Assembly: GCA_050740315.1 (NCBI GenBank)
Contig: JBOIDC010000004.1
Span: 4,918-68,917, forward strand
Length of the DNA: 64,000 nt
From: Gammaproteobacteria bacterium
GTDB lineage: Bacteria; Pseudomonadota; Gammaproteobacteria; JACCYU01
Direction of reading: 5' to 3'
Shown here: one piece after another, positions 28,922-38,792 of the stretch
How the letters are laid out: every line of letters begins with the position of its first letter
How positions within the stretch are numbered: the first letter of the stretch is position 1
The notes under the pieces: model-generated
Databases searched by the model: none
Told to the model about the DNA's origin: nothing
Seen by the model: the letters and a program-made list of their open reading frames with translations, nothing else
Translations under genes and position numbers: made by a program

Positions 28922-30346
28922 ATGGATGAAGATAGGTCCCGCCGGTTCTCGGCGCTGCCGTCGGTGGAAAAGCTGCTGCGTACCGAGTCGCTGGCGCGGC
29001 AAAGCGAACGCTACGGTCGGCGCGCCGTATTGGACGCCGTGCGCGCCGCGCTGGAACAAGCGCGCGCGGCGATCCGCACCGGCGACTGGAAGACGAACGA
29101 TAGCCTTGGTCTTCTGCAGGCGCGTTGCGAGTCTTTGCTGGAAAAACAGTTTCAATCGGCGCTCAGGCCGGTTTTTAATCTTACCGGAACCGTTTTGCAC
29201 ACCAATCTCGGCCGCGCACCGTTGCCGGCGGCGGCGGTGCACGCGCTTCGCCTGGCAGCGGGCGCCTGCAACGTCGAATACGATTTGACAACCGGCGAAC
29301 GCGGGCAGCGCGAGACGCACATCGAAAAGCTGCTCGTGGAACTCACCGGCGCGGAGGCCGCAACGGTAGTCAATAACAATGCCGCAGCCGTGGTGCTCGC
29401 GCTGAGCACCCTGGCGGCGGGGCACGAAACCATCGTCTCGCGCGGCGAGTTGGTGGAGATCGGCGGCGCCTTCAGAATCCCGGACATCATGACGAGTTCG
29501 GGCAGCCGCCTGTGCGAAGTGGGCACCACGAACCGCACGCATGCGAGAGACTATCGCGATGCGATTGACCCGAACACGGCGCTGATCATGCGGGTACACA
29601 CCAGCAATTACGAGATCCGCGGATTCACCAAGTCCGTGCCGGAGAAAACCCTGGCGGCTCTGGCGCACGAGCGCGGCCTGCCCCTGCTGGTGGATCTGGG
29701 CAGCGGCAGCCTGGTAGATTTGGCGCAATACGGTTTGCCGCACGAACCTACGCCCGCCGAGAGTCTGGACGCCGGCGCCGATCTCGTTACATTTTCCGGC
29801 GACAAGTTGCTCGGCGGGCCACAGACGGGACTGATCGTCGGACGCAAGGAATTGATCGACAGGATCAACCGGAACCCGCTCAAGCGCGCCTTACGGATCG
29901 ACAAATTGATCATGGCCGCGCTGGAGGCGGTGCTGAAGTTGTACAAATCCCCGGAGTTTTTGGCTAGAGATTTACCGGGCTTACGACTGCTGACCCGGCC
30001 CGCCAGTGAGATCGAGGAGATGGCGCGCAGGCTGCGTCCGCGCATGCAGGATGCATTGTCCGGCGTTTGTGAAATCGAGGTGGAGGCGTGCGAGAGTCAA
30101 ATCGGCAGTGGTTCGCTGCCGGTGGATTGCCTGCCGAGCTGGTGCATTTCGATCAGGCCCTCGTTCGCGCAAAAAAATGCAGGCCGTTTTCTGGAGCAAA
30201 TGACATCGCGTTTGAGAGATCTGCCCGTTCCCATCATCGGCCGCACCCACAAAGGCGCGATCAAATTGGATTTGCGCTGTCTGGAAGACGAGCCATTGTT
30301 CATCGAACAGCTGAACGCGCTACCGGACCAGCCTGCGGCCGGCTAG
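28922..30346 (+). CDS. selA: L-seryl-tRNA(Sec) selenium transferase SelA
   Basis: SALRPVFNLTGTVLHTNLGRA, VVSRGELVEIGGAFRIPD, EVGTTNRTHA, FSGDKLLGGPQ (PLP-lysine). Collinear with E. coli SelA. Confidence 0.92.
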   Translation: MDEDRSRRFSALPSVEKLLRTESLARQSERYGRRAVLDAVRAALEQARAAIRTGDWKTNDSLGLLQARCESLLEKQFQSALRPVFNLTGTVLHTNLGRAPLPAAAVHALRLAAGACNVEYDLTTGERGQRETHIEKLLVELTGAEAATVVNNNAAAVVLALSTLAAGHETIVSRGELVEIGGAFRIPDIMTSSGSRLCEVGTTNRTHARDYRDAIDPNTALIMRVHTSNYEIRGFTKSVPEKTLAALAHERGLPLLVDLGSGSLVDLAQYGLPHEPTPAESLDAGADLVTFSGDKLLGGPQTGLIVGRKELIDRINRNPLKRALRIDKLIMAALEAVLKLYKSPEFLARDLPGLRLLTRPASEIEEMARRLRPRMQDALSGVCEIEVEACESQIGSGSLPVDCLPSWCISIRPSFAQKNAGRFLEQMTSRLRDLPVPIIGRTHKGAIKLDLRCLEDEPLFIEQLNALPDQPAAG

Positions 30347-30372
30347 AACTCTAATCTGTGGTGCCGCCGGTT

Positions 30373-31179
30373 TCATACGCTCAAGGTGCAGATGGCTTTG
30401 GGCTCCATCAGCAGCGGCACGATGCTCTCGCTGATGAACAGATGATAATGAATGCCGTCGTTCGAGGAATAGCCGGCCATGGCGTCCTGGCCCACCACCA
30501 GCGCGCCGACTCTGGCGTCGACCAGCACGGCGTCCTCGATCGGCGCCTTATAGATGCCCAGCTTGCACAGGCGCCGCAGGTGGTCGTGCTGCAGCATGTC
30601 GGTGCCTTCGTAGCGCTTGAACAGGTTGTTGTAATGGCCGGGCGGTAACGCCAGCGCGTATGGCCCGTAAAAACCCGCCTTGTCCAGGGTCTCCACCGCC
30701 TTGAGCACGTCGTTGATGGACTGCTCGACCTTGGACCAGTCGCCCATCGGAACGTCATTGCGGCCCTTGGCGGTTAACAGACCTTCCACGCCAAAGTCGG
30801 GCGAACCGTTGTAGATAAAATCTTCCTCGCGGCGCGCGACCGCTTCGGCGGCGTCTTCGATGGGGCTGGACTCGAAGCGCTGCCCCATGTGCAGATGCGC
30901 CTCCACCTGCCGGATGCTGAGCTTGAAATTCTTGCGCAGCATCGGCACGGAGATGGCGCGGCTCAGCACCGCGGCGGCCTCGTCTTCGCCCGGCTCCCGG
31001 CAGAAGTCGTCCGCGCCTACTTCCAGCGAGGTCATGCCCACGCCATAAGGCCCTTCCAGATCCATGAAGCGACGCGCGGTCAGCGCGTCGCGCATGGCTT
31101 CCACGGCGGCCTTATCGATTTCGCTCCAGATCTGCGCCGGCAGGGGCGTATTTTCGCGATTGAGATAACGCATGATCAC
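30373..31179 (-). CDS. Family 1 encapsulin nanocompartment shell protein (linocin M18-like)
   Basis: 268 aa, collinear with T. maritima encapsulin as recalled (W-x-E-I-D, DLEGPYG, GPYALAL, C-terminal LLMEPKAICTL). Confidence 0.85.
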   Translation of the reverse strand: MIMRYLNRENTPLPAQIWSEIDKAAVEAMRDALTARRFMDLEGPYGVGMTSLEVGADDFCREPGEDEAAAVLSRAISVPMLRKNFKLSIRQVEAHLHMGQRFESSPIEDAAEAVARREEDFIYNGSPDFGVEGLLTAKGRNDVPMGDWSKVEQSINDVLKAVETLDKAGFYGPYALALPPGHYNNLFKRYEGTDMLQHDHLRRLCKLGIYKAPIEDAVLVDARVGALVVGQDAMAGYSSNDGIHYHLFISESIVPLLMEPKAICTLSV

Positions 31180-31580
31180 GTTCCTTTCAGACTGCCGACC
31201 GTCAGCCGCATGGTCGGCGGAGGTTCATCGGCCGCCGGGACGCCGCCGTTATCCGGGTCGGCTTCGCCACCGTTCATGGCTTCGTCCTCGACCTCGGTGA
31301 TCGGGCCTTTGCTGAACAGATAGGTCTTCAGCCGCGCGTCCAGGTCATCGCTGTTACGGCGCAGCCACTCCAGCACCATGCAGGCGTGTTCCATTTCTTC
31401 GCGCATGTTGTGCAGCAGCACCTCCCGCAGTTGTTGATCCGACGCGGCGTCCGCGCGCTGCCGGTACCAGTCCACCGCCTCCAGCTCTTCCTGCAGGGAA
31501 ACGAGCGCGCGGTGCATATCGCGGGTGGACTCGGACAATAATTCCAGCGGCTCATGATAGCTTTCGCTAGCGCCCGCCAT
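31176..31580 (-). CDS. Encapsulated ferritin-like cargo protein (EncFtn) with C-terminal encapsulin targeting peptide
   Basis: Ferritin-like EEMEHACMVLEWLRR motif; C-terminus ...PTMRLTVGSLKGT (canonical GSLKG-type targeting peptide). Overlaps the shell gene by 4 nt. Confidence 0.8.
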   Translation of the reverse strand: MAGASESYHEPLELLSESTRDMHRALVSLQEELEAVDWYRQRADAASDQQLREVLLHNMREEMEHACMVLEWLRRNSDDLDARLKTYLFSKGPITEVEDEAMNGGEADPDNGGVPAADEPPPTMRLTVGSLKGT

Positions 31581-31770
31581 GCCGTGCTCCTGTATTCGAA
31601 GGGAACTGAATCATTACATCTGGAGAAAACCAAGCAAGTTCTTTACCGTATCATCAATGCCTCGGCGCGTCAGCCCTTCATAAATCGATCCGTACGCAAC
31701 CGCTCGCGCACTGCACCGGCACCTAACTTGCGTGGCAGTTGCTTTTCAAACTTCACTTTCGGTCGTACCG

Positions 31771-32049
31771 ATGACGATTTTCTACAACCTGGCGCTGACC
31801 GTCTTGCTGCTTTGCGCGGCGGCTTACGCGCACTGGCGGCTGCCGTTTCACACCGCAACCCCGCGCCACACGCTGATTGCGCGACTGATCCTGCTGGTGG
31901 TCGGGATGGCGTTCGGTGTGGCGGTGGCGACGACCTACACGAATGCGCAAGGCGCGCAGTGGCTGATCGCGTTCTGTGCCGGCTTCGGCGCCGTGCACGT
32001 GCCCGCGGCCGCTATCCTGTTTCTCAAGCGGCAGCGTTTGAAGGGCTAA
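31771..32049 (+). CDS. Small hypothetical membrane protein
   Basis: Three hydrophobic segments; no recognisable motif. Confidence 0.3.
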   Translation: MTIFYNLALTVLLLCAAAYAHWRLPFHTATPRHTLIARLILLVVGMAFGVAVATTYTNAQGAQWLIAFCAGFGAVHVPAAAILFLKRQRLKG

Positions 32050-32075
32050 ATACTTGCGCGGCGGCGCGCAGCCGG

Positions 32076-32921
32076 TCAGATGTGCTGAGCGACCATCGCG
32101 GACGCATGGTGTGGCCGTCCGGCGCCGAGTGCAAGCCGCTCCGGCAGACGAATCTCCAGCGCAATCGGCAGATGATCGGAGTAGGACAAGTCATAAACAT
32201 GCGCGCGCTCGACGATGAGTTCGGGCGTGACCAGGATGTGATCGAGTCCGCGCTTGGGCAGCCAGCTGGGAAAGGTATGCAGTTCGCGTTCCGGCGAGCA
32301 TAGATGGGTGTCGTTCAGCAGGGCCTGGAATTCATTACTGTCGACGCGACAGTTAAAATCGCCCATCAGAATAACGTGCTCGTGAAGGCTCACCTGGCGG
32401 GCCAGATATGCAAGCTGCAGGCGGCGCGCACGCTGACCCAGCGACAGGTGCACAACGCCCACCAGCAGCGAATAGTCCTCGCCGCCGTAGCGGGCGAGCA
32501 TGACGCCGCGGCCCGGGATACGCCCGGGCAGGCGATAACCAACGACTTCGCGCGGCCGCGGACGGCTCAAAAGACCCAGACTGTGTTTGGCGATGTTGCC
32601 CAGATCACGGTTGGTCTGCGTGTACCAATTGTCGAAACCGGCGCTTTGCGCCAGATATTCGACCTGGTTGACGTAGTCGCTGCGCAGACTGCCGGCGTCG
32701 GCCTCCTGCAGGGCCACGATATCGAATCCATCGACGAAGCGCGCGATGCTGTCCAGATTGCTCTGGCGCCCGTGGAACGGCAGCACATGCCGCCAGCTGC
32801 GCGTGAGGTAATGGTGATAGCGGGTGTAGGCGATGCCGAGCTGGATGTTGTAACTAAGCACGCGCAACGTGGAGCCGGCGGTATCGCCGGAGGCATCGAA
32901 TGCGTGAAAGCGGGTTTTCAT
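32076..32921 (-). CDS. Endonuclease/exonuclease/phosphatase (EEP) family protein
   Basis: LRVLSYNIQ, ALQEAD, MGDFNCR, SDHLP motifs. Confidence 0.8.
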   Translation of the reverse strand: MKTRFHAFDASGDTAGSTLRVLSYNIQLGIAYTRYHHYLTRSWRHVLPFHGRQSNLDSIARFVDGFDIVALQEADAGSLRSDYVNQVEYLAQSAGFDNWYTQTNRDLGNIAKHSLGLLSRPRPREVVGYRLPGRIPGRGVMLARYGGEDYSLLVGVVHLSLGQRARRLQLAYLARQVSLHEHVILMGDFNCRVDSNEFQALLNDTHLCSPERELHTFPSWLPKRGLDHILVTPELIVERAHVYDLSYSDHLPIALEIRLPERLALGAGRPHHASAMVAQHI

Positions 32922-33072
32922 GCGTTGATTATAGGCTGTTGGTGCGCGCTGACCGCCCGGGTCAGCGGTCTTTTTGCGCAGCCGGTCGCTTCTAAACTAC
33001 GCTTGGTCGGCGCCAATTACCACACTCCCATGCCACGCTCCGTCCGCTGGTTCCGGCGTTAACCCGTTGTGG

Positions 33073-33705
33073 CTATTGACCGGCGGCGCCCGCTTCCATC
33101 GCAACCAGATAGTCGATGACTTTGAGCATGTTTTCGTAGCTGCCGGCCTGAGTGGCGGACGTTTGATACTGACCGTCCACAATAACCGCCGGCACCCCCG
33201 TGATGGCGTAGAGGCGCTGTAACTCGTTGGCGCGCTGCAACCGCGCCTGCGCCCCCGGTGAGTTGTAGGCCTTTCGAAACTCCGCCTCATCCACGCCTTG
33301 CTGCGCCAGAAAACGCGCTATCGAATTTATGTCCGTGAGACGGCGGCCCTGTTCGTGGATGGCCTGAAAAAACGCCTTGTGCACGCGCTCGGCTTCGCCC
33401 ATGACCTCCAGCGCATAGTAGGCGCGCGCATGTCCGATCCAGCTTGGATTTAGGATCGCCGGCATACGCACGAACTCGGCCGCTGCGGGTTTGGACTTCT
33501 GCCACTGCTCAAGATAAGGCTCGAAGTCATAGCAGTGTGGACAGCCGTACCAGAACACCTCGACGACTTCGACCTTGCCGTCAGGCACATTGGTGGGTGC
33601 CGGCGGCGAGATGCGGTCATATTCGACGCCCTCGGTAAAATTCGGCGCCGCCTGTACGCTGAACGCCAGCGCGCACAGCAAGCCCATAACCCAGTTTTTC
33701 ATCAA
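33073..33705 (-). CDS. dsbA: Thiol:disulfide interchange protein DsbA
   Basis: Signal peptide, FWYGCPHCYDFEP active site, C-terminal cis-Pro region (TGVPAVIV). Confidence 0.9.
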   Translation of the reverse strand: MMKNWVMGLLCALAFSVQAAPNFTEGVEYDRISPPAPTNVPDGKVEVVEVFWYGCPHCYDFEPYLEQWQKSKPAAAEFVRMPAILNPSWIGHARAYYALEVMGEAERVHKAFFQAIHEQGRRLTDINSIARFLAQQGVDEAEFRKAYNSPGAQARLQRANELQRLYAITGVPAVIVDGQYQTSATQAGSYENMLKVIDYLVAMEAGAAGQ

Positions 33706-33869
33706 AGCGCTCCTAACAGTTGATTACCGGCAAGTCCCGCGATCCGGTCATTAATTGTTGCCCCATAAGCAAACGGGTTGTTGTAGCTGCGTTTTTCTGA
33801 CTATTCTCATCGCCAAAGGTGCCACGCACGCGGGCCGCAGCGCAGGGCTGGTACCGGCTCGGGCCGCCG

Positions 33870-34502
33870 TCAATGGCGTGGTTTATCCGCCACGCGATGG
33901 AGTCCGGAGATGTATTGCGCCACCGCTTCGATTTCCGCTTCGCTCATGCGACCGGCGATGTCGCGCATCATCTCGGCGGGATCGTTGGTGCGTTCCCCCG
34001 CGCGATAAGCACGCAGCTGCGCGGCGACATATTGGGCATGCTGATGCGAAAGCTTGGGGAAAACCGCCGCCGCATTGCCAGCGCCAGCCGGGCCGTGACA
34101 GGCCATGCAGGCCGGCACATCACGCGCTGCCACGCCGCCACGATAAACGCGCTCTCCAGACCACAGTTTGTCCTTGTCGGCAGCCGCTGGAGCGGTGGTT
34201 TGCGCCGCGTAATAGGCCGCCAGATCGCGCATGTCTTTCTGGCTGAGACTGGCGGCCTGCGCGTTCATGATCGGGTTGACGCGCGCCTTGCTTTTGAAGT
34301 CTTGCAGCTGTTTATAGATATACTGCGGATGCTGGCCCGCGAGCTTTGGCCACTGCGGGTTGACGCTGTTACCGTCGACCCCGTGGCAGGCGGCGCAGGG
34401 CGCGGACTTCGCCTGCCCCGCTTGCGCATCCGCCGCAGGCACCTGCGCGGGCATCAGCCACAGACACGCGAGCGCTACCCATACAAGCTTTTTCGTTTCC
34501 AT
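33870..34502 (-). CDS. Cytochrome c4 (diheme)
   Basis: Signal peptide then two CXXCH (CAACH, CMACH) with the following Met ligand regions. Likely start is the internal METKKL. Confidence 0.85.
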   Translation of the reverse strand: METKKLVWVALACLWLMPAQVPAADAQAGQAKSAPCAACHGVDGNSVNPQWPKLAGQHPQYIYKQLQDFKSKARVNPIMNAQAASLSQKDMRDLAAYYAAQTTAPAAADKDKLWSGERVYRGGVAARDVPACMACHGPAGAGNAAAVFPKLSHQHAQYVAAQLRAYRAGERTNDPAEMMRDIAGRMSEAEIEAVAQYISGLHRVADKPRH

Positions 34503-34644
34503 TGATTTCCTTACAACGTGATCAGACCGTGCGGCAGAAAAGCGATGAGCACGGAACGCATCAGCGATGCAAAATACGGGGCCTGCCAACGGCAAGGGGC
34601 GGAAAGTTAGCATAAAATGCGTGTCCCGCGCCAATCGTCAGCTT

Positions 34645-35256
34645 ATGAATCCCGCCTACCAACAGACCCGCTTTGTCACGAGCGTTTTCGAGCGCCGCCA
34701 GTTACCCGCCGACGTTGGCGCCGAAGCCGCATTCGCCGGTCGCTCCAACGCCGGCAAGTCCAGCGCCATAAACGCGGTGTGCCAGCAACGACAGCTTGCC
34801 CAGATCAGCAAGACGCCCGGGCGGACGCGCGCGCTCAATTTTTTCTCGATAGATAGTGACAGAAAGCTGGTCGACCTGCCCGGCTACGGCTACGCGAACG
34901 CGCCGGCGGCGCTGCGAAAACAGTGGCAATCGCTCATTGAACATTATCTGAACCGGCGCCGAAGCCTGCGCGGTCTGGTGCTGGTGATGGATATTCGGCA
35001 CCCGCTGACCGATCACGACTGGCAATTACTGGTCTGGTGCCAGGCGCGGGCGCTGCCGTTGCACATTCTGCTCACCAAGGCGGATAAACTTAGCCGGGGC
35101 GCCGCCGCGTCGACTTTGCAGACCGTCGGTCGGTCACTGCACGCACGCGAAATCGACGCCAGCTTGCAGACGTTCTCGACGCTGAAACGCCAGGGCGTGG
35201 AACAGGTGCATGAGGTTCTCGATGCGTGGCTCGGCGTAATGACGAAAGGACGATAG
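34645..35256 (+). CDS. engB: Ribosome-biogenesis GTPase EngB/YsxC (YihA)
   Basis: GRSNAGKSS G1, DLPGYGYA G3, TKADK G4. Start at the internal MNPAYQQ. Confidence 0.9.
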   Translation: MNPAYQQTRFVTSVFERRQLPADVGAEAAFAGRSNAGKSSAINAVCQQRQLAQISKTPGRTRALNFFSIDSDRKLVDLPGYGYANAPAALRKQWQSLIEHYLNRRRSLRGLVLVMDIRHPLTDHDWQLLVWCQARALPLHILLTKADKLSRGAAASTLQTVGRSLHAREIDASLQTFSTLKRQGVEQVHEVLDAWLGVMTKGR

Positions 35257-35295
35257 ACGCGTGTACAGTTGATTTGTGCAACGCGGCGGCGCTAA

Positions 35296-35340
35296 TAAGC
35301 AGGTATAAAAAAGCCCCGGCGTAAACAGAAAGAACACCGG
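35296..35340 (-). terminator. Rho-independent terminator-like hairpin on the minus strand (GCCCCGG / CCGGGGC stem followed by a T7 tract). On the plus strand the same stem closes engB.
   Basis: Reverse complement reads gccccggtgttctttctgtttacgccggggcttttttat. Confidence 0.5.
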
Positions 35341-35530
35341 GGCATTCAAGGCTCGGCTTGGGGGGGTCCGAGCCATAAGCCCGCTCAGGGAGGGAAGCGG
35401 GAAGCGCCGGGCTACAGCGCTTGATATTACGACTAGGCTGCGGAGATAAAGTTCAGAGATGAAAATAACGAAACTGGAACCGGAGCCTGGTGAAAAACCG
35501 GGGATCATCATCCCTGATGATCCGCCGGTC
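35296..35530 (-). ncRNA. Candidate small RNA downstream of polA (positional analogue of Spot 42 / ErsA between polA and engB). Boundaries approximate.
   Basis: Several consecutive hairpins (GGATCATCA/TGATGATCC; GGCTCGG/CCGAGCC; CCCGCT/AGCGGG) end in the minus-strand terminator. There is no ORF in 35257-35942. Confidence 0.3.
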
Positions 35531-35942
35531 GGCCCCTCTTCCCTCCCCCAGAGATTTTATCGCTGACACTGCCGCGGATTGAGCCGCTTTCTATCCGCCA
35601 GCGCACCGGCTTGTCCAATGCTTTCAGGCGCTTGCAATGTCAGGTAATGAGAAGTCTCTTAAAGAGACTTATAGGCCAGCATCGAGTGGATTGACACCCG
35701 TTAACGACGGGCGGTCAATTTAGAGCGATAAACGCGCCGTATGCGCTACCGGGCGCCGACCAGGGCGATGCCAAAGATGCGCCTAAGGAACCACAGATCA
35801 GCGGCTCCTGCGGCGCAGGGATGTGCTGTCGTTTTTGACGACGGGGAGTCGTTGAAGATGAAGCAAAGCCCGGAAGTTTGTCTGCTCGGGCCGCGCCTTT
35901 GCTTGCTCTGAGAAGTCCAGGACGAATTCGTTCACAGCTTGC

Positions 35943-38699
35943 TTAATGAGCCTCGTCCCAGTTATCGCCTAACGCCGCTTCGACTTTTAGCATCACGGTC
36001 AGCTCGGCCGCCGCAGCCATGCGCGGAACGATCTCAGCCGTCACTGCCCGCGCCGCATCGGCGGCGACCTCGAACACCAGCTCGTCATGCACCTGCATTA
36101 CCATGCGCGCGGGCGCGTCGTTGTCCAGCAGCCAGGCGTCCACGGCGATCATCGCGCGCTTGATGATGTCCGCCGCGGTGCCCTGCATGGGCGCGTTGAT
36201 CGCCGTGCGCTCCGCGTACTGGCGGCGCGGCGCGTTGCGGGACTTGATCTCCGGCAGATACAAACGCCGCCCGAACACGGTTTCCACGTAGCCCTGGGCG
36301 CGCGCCTGCTCTCGGGTTGCATCCATGTAGGCCTTGACGCCGGGATAGCGCTCGAAATAGCGGTTGACGTAGTCCTGCGCCGCGCCGCGGTCGATGCCCA
36401 GTTGACGCCCCAGACCGAACGCGGACATGCCATAGATAAGCCCGAAGTTGATCGCCTTGGCCGCCCGCCGCTGTTCATTGGTCACGTACGCCGGCGGCGT
36501 GCCGAACACCTCAGCGGCGGTGGCGCGATGAATGTCCTTGTCCTCGTCGAAGGCCGCGCGCAAGCCCGCGTCGCCCGACAGATGCGCCATGATGCGCAAC
36601 TCGATCTGTGAATAATCGGCGGCCAGAATCTTGTAGCCGGGCGGCGCGATAAACGCCTGGCGGATACGCCGGCCCACCGCTGTGCGGATAGGAATGTTCT
36701 GCAGATTGGGCTCGGAGGAGGACAGCCGCCCGGTCGATGCCACTGCCTGATGATAGGACGTGTGAACCCGGCCGGTGCGGCCGTTGATCTGTTTCGGCAA
36801 TTTGTCGGTATAAGTCGATTTAAGCTTGCTCAACGCCCGATGATCGAGAATCAGACGCGGCAGCGGATAATCCAGCGCCAGTTCCGCGAGCACGTCTTCT
36901 GCGGTTGAGGGCTGACCTTTGGGCGTTTTGCGCTGCGCCGGCAAACGCAGTTTTTCGTAGAGAATCTCCTGGATCTGCTTGGGTGACCCGATATTGAATG
37001 GCTGACCGGCGGCCTCGAAAGCGTCGCGTTCGACCTCGGCCATGCGCAGTGCCAGATCGGAACTCTGCGCGGCCAACTGCGCCGCGTCGACCAGCACGCC
37101 CACACATTCCATGCGCGACAGAACCGGCACCAGCGGCATCTCGATTTCCTGATAAAGCGCGCGCAACGACGGAAGCGTTTCCAGCCGTGGCCAGAAATGG
37201 CGGTGCAGGCGCAAACTCATGTCAGCATCTTCGGCGGCGTAGGGCGTGGCCCTTTCTAACTCCACCTGATTGAAGGTCAACTGCTTTGCGCCTTTTCCCG
37301 CCACGTCTTCGAAATGGATGTTGGTGTGGCGCAGATGCTGCTCGCACAAGGTGTCCAGGTCGTGACGGCTGGCGGTGGAGTTCAACACGTACGACTCCAG
37401 CATCGTGTCGTGCGCGATGCCCGCCAGCGTAATCCCATGATTGGTCAGCACGTTGCGGTCGTATTTCAGGTGATGGCCAACCTTTAGTTTCGCCGGATCT
37501 TCGAGCCACGGCTTGAGCCGCGCCAAGGTCAGGTCGAAGTCCAACTGCGGCGGCGCGCCCGGATAATCGTGCGCCAGCGGAAGGTAAGCGGCCTGTCCTG
37601 GGCGGACCGCGAATGACATGCCGACCAGCCGCGCCTGGGCATAGTTCAAATTGTCCGTCTCCGTGTCGAAGGCGACCAGCTCCGCTGCCGCCAGCTTTGC
37701 CAGCCACTCGCTCAATTGCATGTCGGTCACAATGGTCTGGTAATCAACGGGCTGCGCCATCCTGGCTTCATCTTCGGTTTCGTCCCGCACGTCCGGCACA
37801 GGCACATCGGGCGGTTTGCCTTGCGTCTCTGGGGCTTCGCCTTTACCCAGCGCGGCCAGCCAAGCCTTGAATTCATAACGCTGATAAAGCGCGCGCAGCC
37901 GATCCGTATCCGCGGGTCTGATGGCCAGGTCTTGCGGCGCCAGCGCCAAAGGCACGTCGCACTTGATGGTTGCCAGTTCGTAAGACAGCGGCAGATCGGC
38001 GAGCGCCGCGCGCAGCTTTTCGCCGATCTTGCCCTTGATCTCGCCCGCGTGTTCGACCACGCTGTCCAGCGAATCGTAAGCCTGCAGCCACTTGGCGGCG
38101 GTCTTGGGCCCGACCCCCGGCACGCCAGGGATGTTATCGATCTTGTCGCCGACCAGCGCCAGGTAATCGATCATGCGCTCCGGCGGCACCCCGAAGCGCT
38201 CTCGGACGCCGTCGACGTCCAGGCAACGACCGTCCATGGTGTTCACCAGGGTGATGCGCGCGCTCACGATCTGCGCGAGATCTTTGTCGCTGGTTGAGAC
38301 CACCACGGGCATGTTGCCGGTTTCCGCCTCGCGCGCGAGGCTGCCGATTACGTCGTCGGCCTCCACGCCCGGGACGCACAGCAACGGCAATCCCATGGCC
38401 TCGATAATGTTGTGCAGCGGCTCGATCTGCGCGCCCAGCTCGTCCGGCATGGGCGGGCGCGTGGCCTTGTATTGCTCGTAGCGCTCGCTGCGGAAGGTCT
38501 TGCCCTTGGCATCGAACACCACGGCCATGTATTCGGGCTGATAGTCGTTCAACAGCCTCTTCAGCATACTGATAACGCCATACATCGCGCCTGTGGGCTC
38601 GCCGGACGTGTTGGTGAGCGGCGGCAACGCGTGGAATGCGCGAAAGAGGTACGACGACCCATCGACCAGCACGAGGGGCTTGCTTGAAGATTCGGTCAT
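35943..38699 (-). CDS. polA: DNA polymerase I
   Basis: 918 aa with 5'-3' exonuclease, 3'-5' exonuclease and polymerase motifs (...RRAAKAINFGLIYG..., VHDELVFE). Confidence 0.95.
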   Translation of the reverse strand: MTESSSKPLVLVDGSSYLFRAFHALPPLTNTSGEPTGAMYGVISMLKRLLNDYQPEYMAVVFDAKGKTFRSERYEQYKATRPPMPDELGAQIEPLHNIIEAMGLPLLCVPGVEADDVIGSLAREAETGNMPVVVSTSDKDLAQIVSARITLVNTMDGRCLDVDGVRERFGVPPERMIDYLALVGDKIDNIPGVPGVGPKTAAKWLQAYDSLDSVVEHAGEIKGKIGEKLRAALADLPLSYELATIKCDVPLALAPQDLAIRPADTDRLRALYQRYEFKAWLAALGKGEAPETQGKPPDVPVPDVRDETEDEARMAQPVDYQTIVTDMQLSEWLAKLAAAELVAFDTETDNLNYAQARLVGMSFAVRPGQAAYLPLAHDYPGAPPQLDFDLTLARLKPWLEDPAKLKVGHHLKYDRNVLTNHGITLAGIAHDTMLESYVLNSTASRHDLDTLCEQHLRHTNIHFEDVAGKGAKQLTFNQVELERATPYAAEDADMSLRLHRHFWPRLETLPSLRALYQEIEMPLVPVLSRMECVGVLVDAAQLAAQSSDLALRMAEVERDAFEAAGQPFNIGSPKQIQEILYEKLRLPAQRKTPKGQPSTAEDVLAELALDYPLPRLILDHRALSKLKSTYTDKLPKQINGRTGRVHTSYHQAVASTGRLSSSEPNLQNIPIRTAVGRRIRQAFIAPPGYKILAADYSQIELRIMAHLSGDAGLRAAFDEDKDIHRATAAEVFGTPPAYVTNEQRRAAKAINFGLIYGMSAFGLGRQLGIDRGAAQDYVNRYFERYPGVKAYMDATREQARAQGYVETVFGRRLYLPEIKSRNAPRRQYAERTAINAPMQGTAADIIKRAMIAVDAWLLDNDAPARMVMQVHDELVFEVAADAARAVTAEIVPRMAAAAELTVMLKVEAALGDNWDEAH

Positions 38700-38792
38700 A
38701 ACGGGCTGACTATTCGCAGATGGCGGGCGGCTGATCCTAGTGCGATCAATTTTCCAAGGTTATCATGTCGCTTTAAGCTCATCCGCAGGATT

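Noticed and set aside
28544-29743. 399-aa minus-strand ORF spanning the selB end, tRNA-Sec and selA start
   Set aside because: It runs through a tRNA gene and is antisense to two well-supported genes.
35296-35340. Treating the GC hairpin as the engB terminator only
   Set aside because: On the plus strand the stem is not followed by a U-tract, whereas on the minus strand it is followed by T7. It is therefore annotated as a minus-strand terminator with possible bidirectional function.
36087-36611. ORFs antisense to polA (36087-36611, 37716-38297 etc.)
   Set aside because: Shadow ORFs within polA.
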